DNA of 24,000 nucleotides from an uncultured cyanobacterium (GTDB taxonomy: Bacteria > Cyanobacteriota > Cyanobacteriia > Cyanobacteriales > PCC-9333): the NCBI GenBank assembly GCA_963711165.1, contig CAVQDG010000052.1:52927-76926 (forward strand), read 5' to 3'. This document shows, piece by piece, positions 14,307 to 21,778 of the stretch (the stretch's first letter is position 1; each line of letters begins with the position of its first letter). A program made the translations under genes and the position numbers. The notes under the pieces were generated by a model. It had not been told where the DNA came from and made no database searches. It saw nothing but the letters and a program-made list of their open reading frames with translations.

Positions 14307-15002
14307 ATGAGAAGAATTCGTTCTTTCAGATCTCACCGACCACAGCAGAACCTAGATTCCTTCTTAGATATCTTGACTAATACAGTTGGGGTATTGATGT
14401 TTATTAGCCTTTTCATCACCTTAGTAGCCGTCCAATCGAGTACCATAGTTCGCACTCCTTTGGTGACTAAAACGGAGAAAAAAGGACATTTTTTTGAGGT
14501 GCGCGGCAATCAAGTTATGTATCTTGATGATGCTTCAGTCGATGAACAAATCAGTGAGTTTGTTAGGAACTTACCGACTTGCACTAGACCAAGCTATAGT
14601 TTAGATGCTGGCGATAGCTATCTTCAGGAATTAACCAGCTATCAAAATTGTCTATCAGATACAAGCGAACAATTGAAGGAGTTTAGAGCGCAAACCAAGT
14701 ATTACGAAGTCGAGTTACTTGATATAGAATCAGTGTCATGGCAATACACCCCCAAATCCGATATTGCTGGAGAAGCAACTCAAGAATTAGCTAAATCTAA
14801 TTCTGAGTATCGACAGGCTTTGGCGCAACTAAATCCCCAGCAAGATTATCTCGCATTTCTGGTGCGACCCGATAGTTTTGTCGCTTTCCGCCAAGCTAGA
14901 GAAATCGCATGGAAAGCGAAATTTGATGTAGGTTGGGAACCCAAAACACCAGATGCCCCGATTATTTTTGGTTCTGGTGGCAGAGCGGTAGGAGTACAGT
15001 AA
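14307..15002 (+). CDS. ExbD/TolR-like single-pass membrane protein (paralog 2; TM Asp retained, about 80-aa insertion)
   Basis: 231 aa. A basic N-terminus precedes SFLDILTNTVGVLMFISLFI, where D21 (gat, 14367-14369) aligns with the ExbD/TolR/MotB channel Asp. HFFEVRGNQVMYL and YLAFLVRPDSFVAFRQAREIAWKAKFDVGWEP align with the preceding gene product. The extra central segment is aa about 85-175. Confidence 0.62.
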   Translation: MRRIRSFRSHRPQQNLDSFLDILTNTVGVLMFISLFITLVAVQSSTIVRTPLVTKTEKKGHFFEVRGNQVMYLDDASVDEQISEFVRNLPTCTRPSYSLDAGDSYLQELTSYQNCLSDTSEQLKEFRAQTKYYEVELLDIESVSWQYTPKSDIAGEATQELAKSNSEYRQALAQLNPQQDYLAFLVRPDSFVAFRQAREIAWKAKFDVGWEPKTPDAPIIFGSGGRAVGVQ

Positions 15003-15035
15003 GACTTTTGAAATCAATAATTGTTGCTCATTGAT

Positions 15036-15056
15036 AATTGCTAATTGCTAATTGCT
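15036..15056. repeat. Tandem heptamer tract (AATTGCT)x3 with degenerate units upstream
   Basis: The sequence aattgct aattgct aattgct is preceded by related units (cattgat, tgttgct). It encodes the C-terminal LAISN and the TAG stop of the minus-strand gyrase-family gene, and fills the 38-nt gap to the plus-strand stop at 15002. Confidence 0.85.
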
Positions 15057-17614
15057 AAAGAAATTATCTTTTCATCGGGATTTAGTTGAATAATGCGATC
15101 GCCTGTGCCATCTTTACCCAATAACGGTACTTGATCGGCAGTCAAACGCAAATAACGCTGTGTACTGGTTATTAATACCACTTCCGATGCTGGTTGCACT
15201 AATATTACTCCAGCTATAGCATCCTGCTTGCTGGTAAACTGAAACGATTGAGTCCCAATATCTGCACGATTTGCTAATCTTAAAGCATTTATCGGTAAAC
15301 GTTTACCATATCCGAGTTGAGAAACCAGCAACAAGTTATCATTAATAGTGACACTCATCGCACTAACTAAATGCTCTGCCCGACCAAGACGTAATGCTTG
15401 TAAACCCTGGGCTGTGCGTCCCATCACAGGTAGTTGTTGATCGTTCACTAAAAATCGCAGTAATCTACCACCGGAAGTTGCTAATACTACCTGTTCACGT
15501 TCTTTTGTGAAGTTAACAAAGGATAATTGATCATCTTCCTTTAGTTTAATTATTGTTAAACCACGATTAGTTAGATTAGTCAGATCTGAAGCTTGTAGAC
15601 GCTTAATTTGCCCTTTCTGAGTCACTAAAACCAAGTTAGCTGCTGCTGGTGCATCTGAGAGGAAAAAGTGTTTTACTATACCTTCTGAGGCTGCTGGCAG
15701 CAAGGTAATTAATGGTGTTCCCCGTGAACTACTAGATGTTGGGGGAATGTCACGCACTCTGACAGGGTAAGCTTTACCACTGCTAGTTAATACTACTAAC
15801 TCTGCTTGTGATCCAATTATCTTAGTATTAGTTATAAAATCATTACTGGCTTTTGAAGCAGCAGCTTTGCCACCATTTTTGGGCAGTCGTCGCACATACC
15901 CTTTTTGGGTAAATTCTAAAACAACTTCTGTTTCTGGAGGTTCAGTATTAATAATTTGTAGTTGTGCAGGCGAGTCATCAATTTTGGGCGTTTTAGTAGT
16001 AGTTGACTTGCGGCGCTTGGAAACTAAATCGCTGCTAACTTCTGGCTGCTCAATTTTGGATGGGCTAACTGGCTGTTTTTGATTATTAACAATTAATTTA
16101 GTGCGACGAGGATCGGCATATTTACGTTTTATTGCCCTTAAATCCTTTTTGAGAGTTTTTAACAACTCTTGGCGATCGCTCAGTAACCGCTTCAACAATT
16201 CAATCCGCTTACTTAGTTCGTCAAACTCTGCTTGTAAGTTCTTCCGATCTATACCCGTCAGACGGCGCATCGGCATTGATAAAATTGCGTCTGTTTGAGT
16301 ATCACTAAAATTAAACTGGCTTTGTAATGTAACTTTAGCAGTAGTACCATCAGGAGCATTTCTGAGCAGATCAATTATGCCATCTAACTGACCTAATGCT
16401 AGTAGTAATCCTTCTACTAAATGCCCGCGTTTTTGAGCTTGTTCTAATTCATAATTATATTGCTTAGTCAGGGTTTGTTCGCGGAAATTGAGAAACTCCT
16501 GCAACATTTGGCGCAGAGTTAACTGGCGAGGTTGTCCATCAACTAATGCTAGTAAGATCGCTCCAAAGTTACTTTGTAGTGCTGTTTGTCTATAAAGTTG
16601 GTCGAGGACTGTATTGGGATTAGTATCGCGTTTAATTTCTATTACTACGCGCATTCCTTCGCGATCGCTTTCGTCTCGCAGATCGGCAATTCCCTCGATT
16701 TTGCCATTATTTACCAGTTCTGCTACCTTTTCAATCCAAGCTGCCTTATTTACCTGGAAAGGTAACTCTGTCACCACAAGTGGTATCCGTCGCTGACGGG
16801 ATCTTTTCGATTTAGTAGCAGTAGCACCACTCGATTCTGATTCGCCATCCTCAATCTTAGCAACTCCCCGCAACGGGATACTACCACGCCCAGTTGTGTA
16901 AGCTTCTCTAATTCCTTCAATTCCCAGAATTTCTCCCCCTGTGGGGAAATCTGGACCTGGAATTAGTTCCCATAACTTCTGATCAGAAAGATCAGGTTTA
17001 TCAATTAAGGCAACTAAACCATCTACCACTTCACCCAAATTATGTGGTGGAATATTGGTTGCCATACCAACAGCAATACCCGAAGAACCGTTGAGTAATA
17101 ATATTGGCAGTTGTGCTGGTAATACAGTTGGTTCTTGTTGAGAGTTATCAAAATTGCCGATAAAATCAACCGTTGCTTCACCAATTTCACTCAGCAACCC
17201 TTCATGGCTAATTGGGGAAAGGCGCGTTTCAGTGTAACGCATAGCTGCTGCTGGGTCGTTATCCACTGAACCAAAGTTGCCATGACCAGCAAGTAGTGGA
17301 TAACGACTAGAGAAGTCTTGCACCATCCGCACTAAGGCATCATAAACAGCCTGATCGCCGTGGGGATGATATTTACCTAATACGTCCCCGACTACACGGG
17401 CGCATTTCCGGTAAGGTCGATCTGGAGTTAAACCGAGTTCGTGCATTGCATAGATAATGCGCCGATGCACTGGTTTTAAGCCATCGCGGACATCGGGTAA
17501 AGCTCTCCCAACAATCACACTCATGGCATATTCAAGATAAGACCGTTGCATCTCTATATGCAGTGGTGTGGGGATAATCTGACCGCCTGCTAGCAGGTTC
17601 AGTTGTTTTGCCAT
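15041..17614 (-). CDS. gyrA: Type IIA DNA topoisomerase subunit A (GyrA family)
   Basis: 857 aa. The N-terminal motifs are canonical ([36 protein letters not shown], and the active-site Tyr in AAMRYTE, Y127). [18 protein letters not shown] is present, and the C-terminal domain has six blade-like repeats. From sequence alone I cannot tell which of the two GyrA-like paralogs that I believe cyanobacteria commonly carry this one is. Confidence 0.88.
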   Translation of the reverse strand: MAKQLNLLAGGQIIPTPLHIEMQRSYLEYAMSVIVGRALPDVRDGLKPVHRRIIYAMHELGLTPDRPYRKCARVVGDVLGKYHPHGDQAVYDALVRMVQDFSSRYPLLAGHGNFGSVDNDPAAAMRYTETRLSPISHEGLLSEIGEATVDFIGNFDNSQQEPTVLPAQLPILLLNGSSGIAVGMATNIPPHNLGEVVDGLVALIDKPDLSDQKLWELIPGPDFPTGGEILGIEGIREAYTTGRGSIPLRGVAKIEDGESESSGATATKSKRSRQRRIPLVVTELPFQVNKAAWIEKVAELVNNGKIEGIADLRDESDREGMRVVIEIKRDTNPNTVLDQLYRQTALQSNFGAILLALVDGQPRQLTLRQMLQEFLNFREQTLTKQYNYELEQAQKRGHLVEGLLLALGQLDGIIDLLRNAPDGTTAKVTLQSQFNFSDTQTDAILSMPMRRLTGIDRKNLQAEFDELSKRIELLKRLLSDRQELLKTLKKDLRAIKRKYADPRRTKLIVNNQKQPVSPSKIEQPEVSSDLVSKRRKSTTTKTPKIDDSPAQLQIINTEPPETEVVLEFTQKGYVRRLPKNGGKAAASKASNDFITNTKIIGSQAELVVLTSSGKAYPVRVRDIPPTSSSSRGTPLITLLPAASEGIVKHFFLSDAPAAANLVLVTQKGQIKRLQASDLTNLTNRGLTIIKLKEDDQLSFVNFTKEREQVVLATSGGRLLRFLVNDQQLPVMGRTAQGLQALRLGRAEHLVSAMSVTINDNLLLVSQLGYGKRLPINALRLANRADIGTQSFQFTSKQDAIAGVILVQPASEVVLITSTQRYLRLTADQVPLLGKDGTGDRIIQLNPDEKIISLAISN

Positions 17615-17813
17615 GAGTTCTGTTTCCTATTAATTTTTAATATTTACCTGTATTTATCAGAAAATACGGATCGTCTGATTAATGTTTGTTTTACTACTGT
17701 TCACAGTAGGATGGAACCGCACGCTTGTTATATTTCAGTGATATAGCAATCGCCAGGGAGGTTAGGGCATTTTTTATTATTGAAACCCTTGGGAATATTG
17801 GCGCAGGATTAAA

Positions 17814-17846
17814 GCTGATTGCTGATAGCTGACTGCTGACTGCTAT
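17814..17846. repeat. Tandem heptamer tract (GCTGAYW-type) x4-5
   Basis: The sequence gctgatt gctgata gctgact gctgact gctat lies in the divergent region between the gyrA-family gene and the CheY-like gene, 30 nt upstream of the ATG at 17878. Confidence 0.8.
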
Positions 17847-17877
17847 ATATAAAATCTCTACCACAAGGTAAACCTAG

Positions 17878-18270
17878 ATGAAAACGGTTCTAATTGTAGA
17901 AGATGATCCGATTAATGCTCGCGTTTTTGCCAAAATTTTGATTAAGCGGGGCGGTTTGAAAGTACAGCATACTGAAGATGTTGCAGAGGTGATACAGCTT
18001 GCCCAGTCTGGTCAAGTTGATCTGATTTTGATGGATGTTTCTTTGGCTAACAGTGTTTACCAAGGTCAAGCTGTTGATGGGATTAAAATTTCCCAGATGC
18101 TCAAGTTTGACCCACAAACGGCTCATTTGCCAATTCTGTTGGTGACAGCCCACGCGATGGAGGGCGATCGCGAAAGCTTTCTCGGATCTAGTGGCGCTAA
18201 TGGTTACATTTCTAAACCAGTCATTGATCATCAAGAATTTGTCGATCAAATCAAGGCGCTACTTGGGTGA
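17878..18270 (+). CDS. Single-domain (CheY-like) response regulator receiver
   Basis: 130 aa. It has the acidic pocket VLIVEDDP, the phospho-acceptor context DLILMDVSL, T in LLVTAH and K in YISKP. There is no output domain. Confidence 0.88.
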   Translation: MKTVLIVEDDPINARVFAKILIKRGGLKVQHTEDVAEVIQLAQSGQVDLILMDVSLANSVYQGQAVDGIKISQMLKFDPQTAHLPILLVTAHAMEGDRESFLGSSGANGYISKPVIDHQEFVDQIKALLG

Positions 18271-18300
18271 GGGAGGAGGGAGGAGGGAGGAGAGAGGGGA
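18269..18300. repeat. Tandem heptamer tract (GAGGGAG)x3 followed by GAGAGAG GGGA
   Basis: The sequence is gagggag gagggag gagggag gagagag ggga. The tract overlaps the TGA stop (18268-18270) of the CheY-like gene. Confidence 0.88.
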
Positions 18301-18503
18301 TTTTTTCACCAACTTGAGAATCTTCAAATTAAATACTTGTTAGCTTGCTAACATTCTCAATTAGATTTATTTGGTGAAATTGGGAAAAAGGAAAAGGTGA
18401 GCAGTTTTTTCTTCCCTTTTACCCATCAAATCGAACAACTGATGATTTTTGCAACACACGATCATGAACTAAGTTCACTAATCTTGTCTAAAAACCTCTA
18501 TTA

Positions 18504-18538
18504 CCCCTCTCTCCTCCCTCCTCCCTCCTTCCTCCTCA
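18504..18538. repeat. Tandem heptamer tract (CTCCCTC-type), inverted copy of 18269-18300
   Basis: The reverse complement of cccctctctcctccctcctccctccttcctcctca is tgaggaggaaggagggaggagggaggagagagggg. The tract contains the stop codon (18536-18538) of the minus-strand TPR gene. Confidence 0.88.
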
Positions 18539-19420
18539 TTGTGCCGATTCTTGTGATTGTGAGGGTTGATCTTGGCTTTGGGCTATAGTCGCTTGTATTC
18601 TCGGAACTGCCAAGAATTTTTGAGTTTCGTTGATTAAGCGATCGCCCCACAGATTTTCTTTGAGAAACTTCACATCAGCATAACGATTATCTAGCTTAAT
18701 CGCGGTTTCTCCCAATGTCAGACCTTGTTCTCTGTCGCCTTTAGCATACAATGCTACCGCCATTGCCAGTAATGGTTCTGCCGCTTTCTTATCAATAGCT
18801 ACTGCCTGTCGCCATTGCTGGATCGCACCAGTAATATCGCCTGTTTCATACTTAACTAAACCAATGTTGTTAATTCCAGGCCAAAATTTTGCTTCTTTTT
18901 TAATTGCTTTTTGATACTCGGCGATCGCTTCTGGGAAACGATTCAGTTTGTAGTAAGCGTTACCCAAATCAAATAGCGCCTCTGTCACCCCTGGCTTAAT
19001 TTTTAAACCAGCTTGCAAATCGGCAACAGATGATGTATAATCACCTTTTTGAAACTTGGCTGAACCTAAACTAAACAAAATTCCAGCTTCTTTAGGTTCT
19101 AAGCTACGAGCTTTTTGAAGAGCTTCAATTGCTTGGTCGAACTTCTGCGATTGGAGGTATAAACTACCTAGTAGGAACAAGGGTTGATACCTTTTTGGAG
19201 CCAATTGAGTTGCTAACTTTGCTCTCTGTATAGCCAGTTCATATTGCTGGAAGCGAGTTAACTGAACTGCGTCCTGTGCCAAGTTCAAGCCTTGCTGCTC
19301 TAGCTCTTTAGCGTCGAGTTGCAAACTATAAGGAAGCATTGCCTGCGCCCGCACTGGCTGTGGAATGCTCCCTAAACCAAGGATAATAAGCAGAGAGAAT
19401 AAATAAATACGTTTAGGCAC
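18536..19420 (-). CDS. Secreted/periplasmic tetratricopeptide (TPR) repeat protein
   Basis: 294 aa with a GTG start. The signal peptide is MPKRIYLFSLLIILGLGSIPQPVRAQA. Several 34-residue TPR-like units follow (for example ALFDLGNAYYKLNRFPEAIAEYQKAIK and PLLAMAVALYAKGDREQGLTLGETAIK). Confidence 0.85.
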   Translation of the reverse strand: MPKRIYLFSLLIILGLGSIPQPVRAQAMLPYSLQLDAKELEQQGLNLAQDAVQLTRFQQYELAIQRAKLATQLAPKRYQPLFLLGSLYLQSQKFDQAIEALQKARSLEPKEAGILFSLGSAKFQKGDYTSSVADLQAGLKIKPGVTEALFDLGNAYYKLNRFPEAIAEYQKAIKKEAKFWPGINNIGLVKYETGDITGAIQQWRQAVAIDKKAAEPLLAMAVALYAKGDREQGLTLGETAIKLDNRYADVKFLKENLWGDRLINETQKFLAVPRIQATIAQSQDQPSQSQESAQ

Positions 19421-19702
19421 GGTGTACCCTCAAAATCATCATAAAACAGGAGTGTTCAGCTAATAAGTTAACGCAATATTAACTTCATCGTTGCAGAAAA
19501 CTTGTCCAAAAACTACCCAGATTTCAGATCCCAGAATTTTGCTGTTCAATTTAAGCTTAGTTCTTTTACTTGGCAATCTTAGTTGTGCTAAAACTTATGA
19601 TCGTCTTTTTTTAAGTAAAATTGAGCATATTTGAGCATATTTAGGAATTTTTTAGGGACAGAGTGTTAAGCTGTTGTGTTTCGGGCATTTTATCTTTTAG
19701 AA

Positions 19703-19724
19703 AGAGAGGAGGGAGGAGAGAGGG
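19703..19724. repeat. Short heptamer tract of the GGAGGGA/AGAGAGG family
   Basis: The sequence agagagg agggagg agagagg g lies within the 453-bp intergenic region. Confidence 0.65.
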
Positions 19725-19873
19725 TTATAGGGTTTGATAATTTTTCTCTAAATTAAAAATGTACAAGTTTATTTGCGCGTCAGCTTATCCAAATTAAAGA
19801 TATTTTTTAGATATTTAATATAGCCAAGTATAAGATTACCGCAAACTTGAGGCAACTGTAAACCCGCAGAAAC

Positions 19874-21511
19874 CTATGATTTTGGATTCAAGGGGATAAT
19901 AACTAGAAATTTTGTTCCCATACCTACTTCACTCTCAACTGTAATTGTACCTTGGTGTAAATCTACCATGCGTTTGACAATTGATAAGCCCAAGCCTGTA
20001 CCCTGGATATTCCCAACGTTTTTAGCCCGATGGAATGACTCAAACAAGCGTTTTTGATCTTCTACAGGAATACCAATACCGGAATCTTGGATTAAAAATG
20101 TGGCATCAAAATTATTGCAACTGAGTTTAAAATTAATTTGCCCTCCTTGTGGAGAATATTTAATTGCATTCGAGAGTAGATTGGTGATGATGTGTCGCAG
20201 CAGTGTTTCATCCATCATAGCCTTGGTGCAATCCCCAGACATCATAAAAACAATTGTGTGTTTATCGCCAGCCGTAAGCTGCATCTCGGCTATTAATTCT
20301 TGGCAAAAATCTTCTAAGTTGAGGGACACTGGATTAAATTCTACCTTACCAGCATCAGCTTTGTTGATTGAAAGAACATCATCAAGTAACTGAACCATTC
20401 TGCTAATTCCAATACTAATTTGCTGATACAGCTTTTGTTTTTTGTCTGGAGATAACTTATCTGCGTAATGTTCCAACATTTCAGCAGATAATAGCACTGT
20501 GGAAAGAGGAGTGCGAAACTCATGGGAAGTCATGGAAATGAAACTTGATTTAAGTTCATTTAGTTCTTTTTCTCGTTGCAAGGTTTTATTGATTTCTTCT
20601 TCTACGCGCTTTGCTTCAGTAATATCTTCGGCAATGCCAGCTACACGGTAAACTTGCCCAAGTTCATTTATAATCGGAAAACTCCGGTCTCTAATCCAAC
20701 GAATTGAATTATCAGGTTTGATAATCCGATATATTACGTCGGTGCGATCGCCAATTTTTTGTTTTTCAAAGCAATTGATTACCTCAAGTTGATCGTCTAC
20801 ATGAATATCATCAACAAAAGATTGGGGTTTTTCATATAAACTCTGACAACTACGCCCCCAGATTTCTTCGTAAGCAGGGCTAACGTAGAGAATTTCAGAT
20901 TTGTGCGGATCTGATAACCAAAAGACTTCGTGGATATTTTCGGCTAGTTGCCGAAACCGTTGCTCAGATTCTTGTAAACTATCTTCTACTTGCCGACGCT
21001 GAATTACTTCTTGTTGTAATTGCTTATTTACCTCACTCAAAAAGGTTGTTCTTTCTTCTACAAGTTGTTCCAAGTGTTCCCGATGCAAGCGTAACTCTTC
21101 TTCAAAGTGCTGACGAGCAGTGATATCTCGGATTACTAAGACGGCGCTTGTTCCTTGTTCTTGGAGTTTAAGGCTTGCCCAAGATATCTCCAGAATTAAT
21201 AATTTAGATCCTTGGCGAAATTCGTATTTACTTGTACCGTTAAGCTTGCCTTGGAGGGCAAGATTTACTGGATGTACTGCCTTAGGGATATTTTCACGTT
21301 GTTCTGTTAAGGGCAATAGCTCACAGAGTTTGGCTCCTAGAACTTGGAAACGACTTCGATTTACTAAGGTATCAAAGGTTCTGTTAGACCATTGAATCTT
21401 GCCATCTCGATCAGTCCAGGCGATCGCTTCAACAATAGCACCAAGGGCGACCTCCATTTTTCCTAGTGTCGCCCGTAAATTATTAACTATATTTTCTAAA
21501 CCAACATTCAT
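19874..21511 (-). CDS. Soluble sensor histidine kinase (PAS, coiled coil, PAS, HisKA, HATPase_c)
   Basis: 545 aa with no TM segment. It has two PAS-like segments, the H-box MTSHEFRTPL, the N-box LLSNAIKYSP, G1 DSGIGIP and G2 GTGLGLSIVKRMVDL. The kinase core closely parallels that of the 4226-6238 gene. Confidence 0.92.
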   Translation of the reverse strand: MNVGLENIVNNLRATLGKMEVALGAIVEAIAWTDRDGKIQWSNRTFDTLVNRSRFQVLGAKLCELLPLTEQRENIPKAVHPVNLALQGKLNGTSKYEFRQGSKLLILEISWASLKLQEQGTSAVLVIRDITARQHFEEELRLHREHLEQLVEERTTFLSEVNKQLQQEVIQRRQVEDSLQESEQRFRQLAENIHEVFWLSDPHKSEILYVSPAYEEIWGRSCQSLYEKPQSFVDDIHVDDQLEVINCFEKQKIGDRTDVIYRIIKPDNSIRWIRDRSFPIINELGQVYRVAGIAEDITEAKRVEEEINKTLQREKELNELKSSFISMTSHEFRTPLSTVLLSAEMLEHYADKLSPDKKQKLYQQISIGISRMVQLLDDVLSINKADAGKVEFNPVSLNLEDFCQELIAEMQLTAGDKHTIVFMMSGDCTKAMMDETLLRHIITNLLSNAIKYSPQGGQINFKLSCNNFDATFLIQDSGIGIPVEDQKRLFESFHRAKNVGNIQGTGLGLSIVKRMVDLHQGTITVESEVGMGTKFLVIIPLNPKS

Positions 21512-21778
21512 AACTAAGCTAGGAACACTAAGATAATTTGCCTCAATTCAACTTATTTCCGTAACAGCTAAGAATTTGAAACTAATCAATTGAGCAACAT
21601 TGCAGCCAAAAGCTCCTAAGTCAGTGGGCAAGTTGAGTTAACGTAGGAATTGATGCCCTGATCGTCTTTGAGCAAAATTTATCCTACTTTTTCAGTTTTT
21701 ATTTAAGCCGTCGGGAAGACCCCCATTATATGAATGTTACCCGGAGAGAAGGACAAAAACACCTTCTAAAAGCAGTGT

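Noticed and set aside
12386-15002. Calling the MotA-like operon a Zorya anti-phage system because of the ZorA-like long tail
   Set aside because: There is no ZorB-like subunit with a peptidoglycan-binding (OmpA-like) domain. There are no ZorC/ZorD/ZorE-type effector genes and no defence-island neighbours. The partner proteins look ExbD/TolR-like instead. I keep this only as an analogy.
12386-15002. Calling the operon a canonical TonB-ExbB-ExbD energy-transduction system
   Set aside because: The window has no TonB-like gene (proline-rich spacer plus C-terminal domain) and no TonB-dependent receptor. The ExbB-like subunit has an extra N-terminal TM helix and a tail of about 230 aa that are not typical of ExbB. 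A distant TonB partner cannot be excluded.
15867-16796. Plus-strand ORFs 15867-16082, 16101-16298 and 16614-16796
   Set aside because: They are antisense to the GyrA-family gene, and their translations are low-complexity and Arg/Ser-rich.
17890-18249. 119-aa minus-strand ORF
   Set aside because: It is fully antisense to the CheY-like receiver gene, whose conserved D/D/T/K residues identify the plus strand as coding.
18397-18588. 63-aa plus-strand ORF between the CheY-like and TPR genes
   Set aside because: It has a non-ATG start. Its sequence is dominated by translation of the CTCCCTC heptamer tract (SLLPPPSFLL), and it overlaps the 3' end of the TPR gene. It is most likely a repeat artefact.
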